A stretch of DNA of 15,650 nucleotides from Candidatus Babeliales bacterium (lineage in GTDB: Bacteria > Babelota > Babeliae > Babelales > Vermiphilaceae). This document shows, one piece after another, positions 1-8,331 of this stretch (within the stretch, counting starts at the first letter, position 1; the number at the start of each line of letters is the position of its first letter). The DNA lies in NCBI GenBank assembly GCA_044451405.1, contig JBIOKB010000023.1:1-15650 (forward strand). The letters run 5' to 3'. The notes beneath the pieces are model-generated. The model searched no databases. It was not told the origin of the DNA and worked only from the letters and a program-made list of their open reading frames with translations. Position numbers and translations under genes: made by a program.

Positions 1-170
1 ATATCTGATTGCATAAACCCTGTTGCTATTAATACAAGAGCTCCAATAACTAATACCCAGCTTAATAACGAAGTAAAAATGCCTAACGTGTGGAGTAATA
101 AAACAACTCCGATAGACATGGTGATAATGCCTTTAGTATTATTTGACAGTTGATTATAGAATTTAAGCAT
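1..170 (-). CDS. Small membrane protein, partial (3' end runs off the window)
   Basis: Not in the ORF track. Manual translation from the ATG at 170-168 gives MLKFYNQLSNNTKGIITMSIGVVLLLHTLGIFTSLLSWVLVIGALVLIATGFMQSD..., open to the window edge with two hydrophobic helices. A GAGGAG Shine-Dalgarno lies at 180-175. Confidence 0.8.
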   Translation of the reverse strand, partial: MLKFYNQLSNNTKGIITMSIGVVLLLHTLGIFTSLLSWVLVIGALVLIATGFMQSD

Positions 171-210
171 GCCGCTCCTCTTATGTTTTTTAATACATTA
201 CTACGCATGT

Positions 211-240
211 AGTGTATATCGACGAAAAGAAAAATAGCAA
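211..240 (-). promoter_or_regulatory. Putative sigma70-type promoter for the small membrane protein gene
   Basis: On the minus strand: TTGCTA (240-235), 18-nt spacer, TACACT (216-211), upstream of the SD and ATG. Confidence 0.5.
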
Positions 241-244
241 CCCT

Positions 245-784
245 TTATTCTTGAGTAAATCCGTGGATTGGCCATGCGTTTAAAAAATCCAAATGCCTAT
301 CCTGAAGTGGTTTATGCCGCACTAAGAGGTGTACACGGTCAATAGATGAATTATACGTTTTAATAGTTTTTAAAAGTCCTTCCACCCACATCCATGATTC
401 ATACGTAGATTGCTGTGAATTAAATGGAACTCGATCAAATGAAAGAAATAGTTCATGACCATTCGGTGATAGCAATGCTGTTTGCAGTTCTACTTTTTTA
501 GCAGTGATGTGTTGTTCTTCATCTAATAAGGTAAGCCACGTATTGACAAGATAGGCCAGTGCTTGTGCGGGATCATCACTCATGATGAGGGTAGTTTTTT
601 CTGTATGCCATGATCTATGATGCCAATAATGTAAAGAGATAGATTTTTTAGTTGCATGATGACGTGCTATGTTCTGTGGAGCATGATGCCATGGCCATCG
701 AATAATGAATAACGCATGATGATAAGCGTATAATACAATTCCTATAATAAAGCAGAGTATGATGAGAGTGTTACGGTGTTTCAT
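245..784 (-). CDS. Membrane-anchored GerMN-like (sporulation/spore germination domain) protein
   Basis: N-terminal TM anchor (LIILCFIIGIVLYAY). The C-terminal pattern 'LFLSFD..STYESWMWVEGLLKTI..SIDRVHLLV..RHLDF..WPI' resembles the GerMN motif (vdfs..gs.E...v.si..TL...i..Vqilv..ghidl..p). ATGA overlap with the upstream amidase. Confidence 0.6.
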   Translation of the reverse strand: MKHRNTLIILCFIIGIVLYAYHHALFIIRWPWHHAPQNIARHHATKKSISLHYWHHRSWHTEKTTLIMSDDPAQALAYLVNTWLTLLDEEQHITAKKVELQTALLSPNGHELFLSFDRVPFNSQQSTYESWMWVEGLLKTIKTYNSSIDRVHLLVRHKPLQDRHLDFLNAWPIHGFTQE

Positions 785-1473
785 GATGCCTGATATTCTG
801 TGATAATAGGAGCAATAGTTGCCGCTGTTACTTCAATAGCATGAGTCCAATCTTCTGGATTTTTTAATCCTATTTCATAGGCAATAGCAGGTGCTTGAAT
901 GCCAATCAGTGGTTTAAAGGGAATTTTGTAGGGACCATCGCAAATATACTGATTTCTGTATGGTTCTTGATTAACTATCTGTTGTGCACGTTTTGCCCAG
1001 CGTTGTGTTGTCTTTGTATGAGTAAGATATGCTTTATCATAGGTGTAGAGGGTAAGAGATGATGATGATACTAGCATAAAATCATCGCCATAGGAAAAAT
1101 AATAGATATACCAATGAGGTTTAGTTTCATGCTCTTGATAGAAGTGTATACTAATATAAAGATCAGCATGTAATCGATTGGCAAAGTTGGCGTGCTGTAA
1201 CGGTTGTTCTACTTCTCCTGGTAATCGCGTTAACACGACGCGAAGGTTAGAAAATCTCTGTTCAAGTGTTGTCTTTAACTGTTCTGCATACTGTAATGCT
1301 ACTGCTCTCTCAAAGTTGTCCCCAAGGGTGCGGCCGACATGGCGTGCATCTCCAGCTGGATCAAGCATGATGGTAAAGGAATGTTGTCTGTGAGAAAAAA
1401 AAGAAAAAGGAAACACAGGCGTGCTTGCTATAAGAATAGATAACAATAAAACGTATGTACGGCGTACAACCAT
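781..1473 (-). CDS. N-acetylmuramoyl-L-alanine amidase (Amidase_3 family), secreted, first Zn-ligand His substituted
   Basis: Signal peptide. Motifs IMLDPAG (for VIDPGH), FERAVAL (EK.vnL), VVLTR, ANRLHADLYISIH and PAIAYEIG (PAVLVE.G). Confidence 0.85.
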   Translation of the reverse strand: MVVRRTYVLLLSILIASTPVFPFSFFSHRQHSFTIMLDPAGDARHVGRTLGDNFERAVALQYAEQLKTTLEQRFSNLRVVLTRLPGEVEQPLQHANFANRLHADLYISIHFYQEHETKPHWYIYYFSYGDDFMLVSSSSLTLYTYDKAYLTHTKTTQRWAKRAQQIVNQEPYRNQYICDGPYKIPFKPLIGIQAPAIAYEIGLKNPEDWTHAIEVTAATIAPIITEYQAS

Positions 1474-1542
1474 GGAATATCTTTTGATAATGCGTGTATT
1501 TGATGCTCATTGCACATAAAAGTGTAAGCAACAATAGATTTT

Positions 1543-1572
1543 TTGCCAGTCTTTTAGCTAAGATCTTATATT
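1543..1572 (+). promoter_or_regulatory. Putative sigma70-type promoter for the ankyrin gene
   Basis: TTGCCA (1543-1548), 18-nt spacer, TATATT (1567-1572). A G-rich SD at 1599-1606 precedes the ATG at 1612. Confidence 0.4.
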
Positions 1573-1611
1573 AAGCATCTCTCATTGTTAAAAATCCTGG
1601 GGGGGAATATC

Positions 1612-2835
1612 ATGAATTTGCTATCGCGGTTATGGGTAATGGGACTAGTAATGGTTGCTGTGTATAGTGATGCAGCAGAAAAGGGCATGGAAACAGAGAG
1701 AGTAGGAAAAAAAAGGCCTTCTCCTGCATCGAGTCCTGCTACTCCAGAAAGTCCCGCTTTACGATCAAGCTCAGCGCCATCAAGTCCAGTGGAGACCCAT
1801 GTTAGAAGTCCTAAACCACCATTTCCTGGTTTACCAGGCATAAAGCCGCGACTTCCTGTTGGAGGAAGATCACCAAGTACATCATCGCACGTATCGTCTT
1901 CACCGAGCATGGACTCTTTTGATGTAATATCGTCGCGTACGTCATCTCTTTCTTCAGTATCATTGCCATCAGTATCATCGCCATCACTACCACCTTCTTC
2001 ACAACCATCTCTTGAGCCGTCTCCTGTTAATCCAACACCACCGGATATTCCATGGAGGGAATCTGCTAAAAGACATAAACCATCAGTAGGGTCTGAATCT
2101 GAAGCTGTTGCACAGTCAGATAAAGAACAAGAAAAGCCAAAAGGATCAGCATTGAGGATACACACGCCGCCATTCGGGGAGCCTTTATTTGTATCTGATA
2201 CAGCTAAGACAGATCAGATACTGCAATTGTCAATGCCTCAAGATGCTGGTGATTCTCAAGGATCACCGACTGGGACACTTGAACAGTTATCACTTGGGGA
2301 ATCTGGAACATCTGTGTCGCCTACATTGCTTCCAAATCTATTTCAACAGGCAACAGTGAGAACCAAACAATCTGGATCATTTATGGCGCCCGCACCGCTT
2401 CTTCCTGCTATGGCAGTAGCACGTCGGGCAAAGAAGACTGATGAAACCAAGAAGAAAGGATTTGCTGCTGAAAAAAGAGATTCAGATGAAGATACTGAAC
2501 TCATGAAGGCAGTGGGGAGAGGGTCACGTGATGTGGATGAGGTTAGGAAATTATTGGCGGCTAAGGCAGATGTTAATGAGCAAAATAAAGCGGGAGAAAC
2601 AGCACTGTGTACAGCGGTTTCAGCGTTTGAGAGAAAAGATGATAAAACTTTTGCAATAATTGACCTTCTTTTAAAACACAAGGCAAACGTTACTTTGATA
2701 AATGAATTTGGTGAAACAGTGCTGCAAGTAGCAGAACAGATTGTTGGCCTAGATCCCAAAATTGTAGAACTTTTAAAGCAAGATCTTCCTGTTCAGCAAG
2801 CTTCTACACATGGTGCGGGTTCTTCTATTTCATAA
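1612..2835 (+). CDS. Secreted ankyrin-repeat protein with a long Ser/Pro-rich disordered N-terminal region
   Basis: The ATG at 1612 is preferred over TTG 1585 because of the GGGGGGGA SD and the signal peptide MNLLSRLWVMGLVMVAVYSDA. About three ankyrin repeats at 2485-2781 (DTELMKAV..VRKLLAAKADVNEQNKAGETALCTAV..IIDLLLKHKANVTLINEFGETVLQVA..KIVELLK). Confidence 0.88.
   Translation: MNLLSRLWVMGLVMVAVYSDAAEKGMETERVGKKRPSPASSPATPESPALRSSSAPSSPVETHVRSPKPPFPGLPGIKPRLPVGGRSPSTSSHVSSSPSMDSFDVISSRTSSLSSVSLPSVSSPSLPPSSQPSLEPSPVNPTPPDIPWRESAKRHKPSVGSESEAVAQSDKEQEKPKGSALRIHTPPFGEPLFVSDTAKTDQILQLSMPQDAGDSQGSPTGTLEQLSLGESGTSVSPTLLPNLFQQATVRTKQSGSFMAPAPLLPAMAVARRAKKTDETKKKGFAAEKRDSDEDTELMKAVGRGSRDVDEVRKLLAAKADVNEQNKAGETALCTAVSAFERKDDKTFAIIDLLLKHKANVTLINEFGETVLQVAEQIVGLDPKIVELLKQDLPVQQASTHGAGSSIS
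1954..1983 (+). repeat. 15-bp in-frame tandem duplication (SVSLP/SVSSP)
   Basis: tcagtatcattgcca followed directly by tcagtatcatcgcca (14/15 identical), within the low-complexity region. Confidence 0.75.
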
Positions 2836-2848
2836 GTTCAAGTAATAG

Positions 2849-5062
2849 CTACCTGCATTGCAGATCAGACGTTAAAAATTGCACTAAGAACGTGGTGCGC
2901 TCTATCCCTTTGTTATTGCGCAGTGCCATGCCTATCGCCTTTGTTTGACCTATAAGAATACAGAGCTTTTTTGCCCGGGTAATAGCCGTATAGATTAAAT
3001 TGCGTTGCAATAACGTAAAATGTTGCATAAAGATGGGAATGATAACGGCAGCATATTCTGATCCTTGGCTCTTGTGGATGGTAATTGCATACGCAAGTAC
3101 AATCTCATCAAGATCATTAAATTCATAGACGATGTCGCGATCATAAAAATTGATAGTTACTATACGTTCAGCAGTATCAATAGCGCTAATAATTCCCGTA
3201 TCACCATTAAAAACAAGTTTGTCGTAATTATTGCGAATTTGCATAACTCGATCATTAACTTTAAAGGTAGTGCCTGAATACATAACATGAGGGGCTGTTG
3301 AAGAAGGGTTAATAATCGTTTGCAAAAAGTGATTAATAGTTTGGGTGCCAACAACGCCACGATTCATAGGCACCAGCACTATGCTATTTTCTGATTTAAT
3401 ACCATAGCGCTGTAGTTGATTCTTAATAATGCTTTCCAAATGCGCTTGTACCTGTTCAGGATTGTCCTCTTTTATAAAAATAAAATCACGCTTGGCGTTT
3501 GGTAATGATGAGGTAGGGAATTCTCCATTATTTACCCGGTGGGCGTTAACAACAATTAAACTATCTTGTGCTTGTCTAAATATTTGTTTAAGACGAATAG
3601 TTGGCACTACTTTACTTGCAATAAGATCATTAAGGAAATTTCCCGCACCAACCGATGGCAATTGATCTATATCTCCAATAAGTATGAGATGTGCAGGTAA
3701 AGGAAGCGCCTTAAGAACCGCGTGTGCCAAAAAAATATCAATCATGGAAGCTTCATCAATAATTAAAAAATGGAGCTTGAGCGCATTGGTTTCATTATGT
3801 GCAAACCCATGGCTGGCAAAATCATATTCTAATAATCGATGGAGTGTTGAAGCATGACGCCCCGTGCTTTCAATAATACGTTTTGCAGCACGCCCAGTAG
3901 GGGCAGCCAATTTATAGGTAATGTGATACTCATCTAGGATGGATAACAATTTTTTAATGATAGTCGTTTTACCCGTTCCTGGGCCACCAGTAATAATGGT
4001 AATTTTGTTACGCAGGCACGCCAAAATCCCTTCTTGTTGCTCCTCATTAAGCACATAGTCATGTTCATTGCGCGGCACGCGTAACGTTTGATATATCTCA
4101 TCCAGGTTAAAAATACTCATTGGTGGGTAATCAATGAGTTTACGAATGTGGTTGGCCACACCTTTTTCAGAAAAATAGTGTGATGTAAGACCTACAAAGT
4201 GCTGCTCATTATACGTAATAAGTTTTATTTTGTGCGTATCATAGAGTTCATGAAACGCTTGTTTTATTGTAGGTTCAATGGAAATATCTTCAAGTGGTGA
4301 GCTTGAGCTCACTATTTCTAATAGTTTAACGGTTGTTGTTTTAAGTTCTTGAAGTTCTCCATACAGATGCCCATTGTTAACCAACGTAGTTAAGGTGTAG
4401 ATAATGCCAGCTTTAATGCGCTGTAATGAATTATGTGCAATACCCAGATTATGGGCGATGGCATCTGCGATTTTAAATCCAATGCCCCAAATATCATCGG
4501 CAAGGCGATAAGGATTTTCAGTAATGACGGTAATTGATTGCTGTCCATATGTTTTATAAATTTTTGTTGCGTAGGTAGTTGAGATTCCTTTTTCCTGTAA
4601 AAAGACCATGACGTTAGCAATCTCTTTTTGATCTTTCCATGCATCTTTAATCGTAGCTGCGCGTGAATTACCTATACCTGGTACTTCAGTAAGCCGTTCA
4701 GGCGTAGTATCAATAACCGTTAATACGTCAGTGCCAAAATAACTGACCAATTTTTCAGCGTATGCTGGTCCTATGCCCTTAATAAGGCCTGAGGCTAAAT
4801 ATTTTTTAAGACCAACAAGGGTATTTGGTAAGGTTGATATGCACGTTTTTGCTTCAAATTGTTTGCCAAATTTGGGATGCATAATCCAGTGCCCAACAAG
4901 GTGAACCTGTTGTCCTGGATTAATGTTAGGAAAATGGCCTATAACGGTGATGGGTTTGCTTGCTTTAGCGGTAAGCACCATGACTCCATAGCCATTATCG
5001 GTATTTTGAAAAATAAAGCGATCTACTACTCCACTCAGTTCATCTGGTGTGATGTTGTTCAT
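2849..5062 (-). CDS. recD2: ATP-dependent RecD-like DNA helicase (RecD2, SF1B)
   Basis: N-terminal RecD2 region (HPKFGKQF, YLASGLIKGIGP helix-hairpin-helix, ENPYRL..IWGIGFKIADAIA). Walker A GGPGTGKT, APTGRAAKR, TLHRLL, DEASM, GDIDQLPSVGAG, QIFRQA, LAYAITIHKSQGSEY, RNLIYTAITRAK. Confidence 0.96.
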   Translation of the reverse strand: MNNITPDELSGVVDRFIFQNTDNGYGVMVLTAKASKPITVIGHFPNINPGQQVHLVGHWIMHPKFGKQFEAKTCISTLPNTLVGLKKYLASGLIKGIGPAYAEKLVSYFGTDVLTVIDTTPERLTEVPGIGNSRAATIKDAWKDQKEIANVMVFLQEKGISTTYATKIYKTYGQQSITVITENPYRLADDIWGIGFKIADAIAHNLGIAHNSLQRIKAGIIYTLTTLVNNGHLYGELQELKTTTVKLLEIVSSSSPLEDISIEPTIKQAFHELYDTHKIKLITYNEQHFVGLTSHYFSEKGVANHIRKLIDYPPMSIFNLDEIYQTLRVPRNEHDYVLNEEQQEGILACLRNKITIITGGPGTGKTTIIKKLLSILDEYHITYKLAAPTGRAAKRIIESTGRHASTLHRLLEYDFASHGFAHNETNALKLHFLIIDEASMIDIFLAHAVLKALPLPAHLILIGDIDQLPSVGAGNFLNDLIASKVVPTIRLKQIFRQAQDSLIVVNAHRVNNGEFPTSSLPNAKRDFIFIKEDNPEQVQAHLESIIKNQLQRYGIKSENSIVLVPMNRGVVGTQTINHFLQTIINPSSTAPHVMYSGTTFKVNDRVMQIRNNYDKLVFNGDTGIISAIDTAERIVTINFYDRDIVYEFNDLDEIVLAYAITIHKSQGSEYAAVIIPIFMQHFTLLQRNLIYTAITRAKKLCILIGQTKAIGMALRNNKGIERTTFLVQFLTSDLQCR

Positions 5063-5068
5063 GGTTTA

Positions 5069-5794
5069 TCATTTGTGTTGTGCCGTGTATTGTGCCTTAA
5101 GTTCTTTGTAATGAGCTACTGCCTTAGGACAACTATGAATCATGTCTTTTAAGAAATTAGTTAAGTCATTACAAAAAGCCTTCATTTCTAAAAGTGTAGT
5201 AACTTTGGTGCGCATAGCCTCACCTTCATGACCTTCTTGCTCTTCTCCCCATTTTAATAAAATGCTGTCCAATCGATTATGTTTTTTGCATGACTCTTGA
5301 ATGAGCATACACAACTGTTGCTTAGCGCCACGTGCATTACCTACATACGGTGATATTTTTTTTTCAAAATCATCTTTTGCTTCTTGCAATGCTGCAGCAC
5401 ATTCGTTTTTTTGCACCCGATGTGTAGCTTCGATGTGCACAAACTGTTCCGCATCGATTTCTCCCGTAATGCGTCGCGCTTGGTTCGTTGAAAATTCTTC
5501 ATCGATACCAGCTTCAAGTGCAATAAGTTCATTGATCGAATAGCGTTGACCATTTAACGCGTAATAGCCTTCTTTTTTTCCGCTTGCATCAACTTCTCCA
5601 TCGAGCATGTTTTGTAATTTTAACAATACATGAAGCATGATTTTTATCTCATAGCCATTAAGAAAAGGGGTACCATCAATAAGTTTAAGAATTTCTGAAT
5701 CCAGGGTAACTGGTTTATCTTTAGCGATACTCATACCACTGATAAGCACAGCACATATGAGACTTATTCTTGTAGCCGATGAAATCCGTGACAT
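5069..5794 (-). CDS. Hypothetical secreted, predominantly alpha-helical protein
   Basis: 241-aa ORF with a signal-peptide-like N-terminus (RISLICAVLISGMSIA) and a TAAGGAG SD just upstream. No recognised family motif. Confidence 0.8.
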   Translation of the reverse strand: MSRISSATRISLICAVLISGMSIAKDKPVTLDSEILKLIDGTPFLNGYEIKIMLHVLLKLQNMLDGEVDASGKKEGYYALNGQRYSINELIALEAGIDEEFSTNQARRITGEIDAEQFVHIEATHRVQKNECAAALQEAKDDFEKKISPYVGNARGAKQQLCMLIQESCKKHNRLDSILLKWGEEQEGHEGEAMRTKVTTLLEMKAFCNDLTNFLKDMIHSCPKAVAHYKELKAQYTAQHK

Positions 5795-5810
5795 GAAAAC
5801 TCCTTACGCA

Positions 5811-7463
5811 TTAAAAATTTGCTTCGATATTTAATGTTACGGTGAAATCCTTACCGATGCCAGAACTTTGTATTGTTTTATCACCGTTCAATGAAACCAC
5901 TATATCATGAGTATCTCGATAACCGGTATAAAATAGTGAGGCTAATACTTTTGTTTGGTACGCGGTAGGTTTTGTTGCGATATCAATGTTAAGATCAGTT
6001 GGGCATTGTGGTGTTTTATTAATGTTGCGCAAATGTTCAGGGCCCTGGATCCAGAAATCTGCACCTGCATCAAAACCAAGTCTACGTCCTTCATACATAA
6101 GGCGCGGCGTCCACTGAAATACTACGCCAGGAAATACGCTTGTTTTAAATACAAATGGATAGAGTGTTTCAACAAATTCTGTTTGCAGGAGATTAACTAC
6201 TTGTTCTGCATATTCAGGATCAGCAAGTATCTGTTCTTGTATCTCGTCAATAGAGCGATTATTAAGGTTAAGAGCATCAAATGCAGCAACATCGCTTTTT
6301 TGAATGTAATAGCGTTTTTCTTTGTTGGGGAACATGTATTGTAATGACAAAGAGCTGGTCCATTTTAAATTATGTACCCACGGATGATTAACATAATGGC
6401 GCCATGGAATTTCATTGCGCATAATGCCGCCTAGGCCGAAATGACCTTTATTACCCAAATCAACATCTAAAATATTTGCTGCAAGATGATCAACTACAGG
6501 AAATAAAAGATTTTGCATTACCTCATCAGCGTTTTGTGCGCCTACTTGTGCAAATAGTTCACCGAAGTTAAATTGAGGCATAGCATCGCTTTTAGGGAAA
6601 TTTGATCCTTTTAATCCCTTTTTAAATGCCCACGCGGTAGGTACCGTAGCTACAAGCCCCAAACGGGTGCCTATTTTATAGTCGTCAGTATTTAATATAA
6701 GTGCATCAAAGGTCACCAGTGAATCGCCAAATCCTAGCTTATCGCTAATTAAATGGTTTTCTGCAAATTCATCTTGATCTTCTTTCCCAAGTACACCAAG
6801 TTCCTGTTCAATAGCTTTTTGTTCTTTATCGGTTAAAAAGAGATTGCGCTCTACCCAATATAAGGGAACAATACCGCGCAAGCTATAACGACCCCAATTT
6901 TTTTCCATGGTAGCCATCAAGCCAACTTTGCGTTCCTGAATGGTAGCATTATCAAACAATGGCAAAATATTAATAGGATCAATATTAAAGCCAATATTAA
7001 GTTTTTGAATAATAGCCACTGATTCTTTAATAGCATCAAGTAAGTTGGGTTCTGAAATAGCCAAATACGAATTGATACTGGTGCTATCTTTAGTGAAATT
7101 CATGCGATGTGTTTGGTTATAAAAAAGATGAAGCCCAACAATGCTGTCAAAATAGTAGTTATCTTCTTTTTGGCGTATAAAGAGTGGAGAATAAATAATA
7201 TCCCGTGTATTTAGATCATTAGTTCTTAAGAAAAGTTCATTTTGTAAGATTTTGTGCGCATTGAAATTTACAAGATTAAAGGCAATATCTGTCGGAGTAA
7301 ATTCCATGGTGGCTTCAGGGATATCTGCTTTTAAAAAATCCTGATCTTCTGTAAGCATAAAAGAAAGATCATCGAATGGAGAAGAACTTTCAAATGCCTG
7401 GAGAGGGAGAGTACATGCAAAGGTGAGGCATGCCAAAGTAACAATTTTTTTTGCGGTAACCAT
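5811..7463 (-). CDS. Hypothetical secreted protein, probable outer-membrane beta-barrel
   Basis: Signal peptide (MVTAKKIVTLACLTFACTLPLQA), several amphipathic strands (e.g. VGLHLFYNQT, LKWTSSLSLQYMF, LGFDAGADFW) and a C-terminal BAM beta-signal-like strand FTVTLNIEANF ending in Phe. Confidence 0.7.
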   Translation of the reverse strand: MVTAKKIVTLACLTFACTLPLQAFESSSPFDDLSFMLTEDQDFLKADIPEATMEFTPTDIAFNLVNFNAHKILQNELFLRTNDLNTRDIIYSPLFIRQKEDNYYFDSIVGLHLFYNQTHRMNFTKDSTSINSYLAISEPNLLDAIKESVAIIQKLNIGFNIDPINILPLFDNATIQERKVGLMATMEKNWGRYSLRGIVPLYWVERNLFLTDKEQKAIEQELGVLGKEDQDEFAENHLISDKLGFGDSLVTFDALILNTDDYKIGTRLGLVATVPTAWAFKKGLKGSNFPKSDAMPQFNFGELFAQVGAQNADEVMQNLLFPVVDHLAANILDVDLGNKGHFGLGGIMRNEIPWRHYVNHPWVHNLKWTSSLSLQYMFPNKEKRYYIQKSDVAAFDALNLNNRSIDEIQEQILADPEYAEQVVNLLQTEFVETLYPFVFKTSVFPGVVFQWTPRLMYEGRRLGFDAGADFWIQGPEHLRNINKTPQCPTDLNIDIATKPTAYQTKVLASLFYTGYRDTHDIVVSLNGDKTIQSSGIGKDFTVTLNIEANF

Positions 7464-7515
7464 AAGTCTCTTTTTTGATTATAAATGGTTGTACTTGATC
7501 TACGTATAGGTATGT

Positions 7516-7545
7516 TTGGGTACATAGTGTGTAGTACCGTACGAT
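7516..7545 (+). promoter_or_regulatory. Possible promoter for the atp cluster
   Basis: TTGGGT (7516-7521), 18-nt spacer, TACGAT (7540-7545). The -10 hexamer and spacer are the same as in the promoters at 10884 and 13781. Confidence 0.3.
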
Positions 7546-7554
7546 GAGGAAGTA

Positions 7555-7583
7555 AGTCTAGCGTATTTTATCTCTTCTGACAA
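7555..7583 (-). promoter_or_regulatory. Putative sigma70 promoter for the OMP/hypothetical/recD2 operon
   Basis: On the minus strand: TTGTCA (7583-7578), 17-nt spacer, TAGACT (7560-7555). Confidence 0.5.
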
Positions 7584-7693
7584 AAATGGGTTAATTATCC
7601 TACAAGTGAACAAAAAACTGAAATATAGTCGATTTTTTATTTAAAGAGAGTTAATATTGATAAAAAATAACCCTCCATATTTGAAATGTTGCT

Positions 7694-7939
7694 ATGGAAA
7701 CAGTGTTATATGCTAAGGCTGCAGCATACATTGGCGCTGCACTTGCTATGGGAATTGGAAGTATCGGACCAGCATTAGGTCAAGGTCTTGTGGGTATGAA
7801 AGCATGTGAGACGATTGGGAAACACCCAGAAAGTACAAGTAACGTCCGCATGGCGATGATTTTAGGCCTCACTCTTATTGAAACATCAGCAATTTACTGT
7901 TTTATTGTATCGCTTATTCTTCTTTTTATTACTGGGTAA
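7694..7939 (+). CDS. atpE: F0F1 ATP synthase subunit c, with Na+-binding signature
   Basis: Two-helix hairpin with a Gly-rich helix 1 (GIGSIGPALGQG), loop KHPE (RQPE-like) and the conserved Glu in LIETSAIY. Confidence 0.96.
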   Translation: METVLYAKAAAYIGAALAMGIGSIGPALGQGLVGMKACETIGKHPESTSNVRMAMILGLTLIETSAIYCFIVSLILLFITG

Positions 7940-7959
7940 TACATTATCACAGGTGATAC

Positions 7960-8331
7960 ATGCACATTAATATGACGCTTTTAATACAAGCGATTCATTT
8001 TCTTATTGCCTATAGTATTTTAAAGCGATTATTGCTGCGCCCTGTCTTTGGGGTTATTGAGTACGAGACTATGCAATCTGATGCATTAGTAGATTCAATA
8101 GAATCGCGTACCGTTATTGTTCAAGAAAAAAAACGGGATTGTAAAGAGCGGTGGGAACAGTGTCAACAAGATATGCGTGCACAAATTCCCCCTATTGAGC
8201 AGCAGAGGCCTATCTTTAAAGATATCTCTCCAACATATACCACGGTTCCCTATTCAGCTGAATCTATTAAAACAATTACCCATAACGTTGCAACAGCATT
8301 AACTGAAAAGGCTAAACATGTTATCAAGTAG
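7960..8331 (+). CDS. F0F1 ATP synthase subunit b' (peripheral stalk)
   Basis: N-terminal INMTLLIQAIHFLIAYSILKRLLLRPV matches the b/b' membrane anchor (iN.Tl.iQ.inFlil..iL....fkP), followed by a charged helical region. Lies between atpE and atpF. Confidence 0.8.
   Translation: MHINMTLLIQAIHFLIAYSILKRLLLRPVFGVIEYETMQSDALVDSIESRTVIVQEKKRDCKERWEQCQQDMRAQIPPIEQQRPIFKDISPTYTTVPYSAESIKTITHNVATALTEKAKHVIK

Noticed and set aside
1599-1605. Poly-G7 tract as a phase-variation switch
   Set aside because: It is short and most simply explained as the SD of the ATG at 1612. Variation cannot be shown from one sequence.
1566-2165. 199-aa Gly/Asp-rich antisense ORF
   Set aside because: It is the shadow of the Ser/Pro-rich low-complexity region of the ankyrin gene and has no motif of its own.
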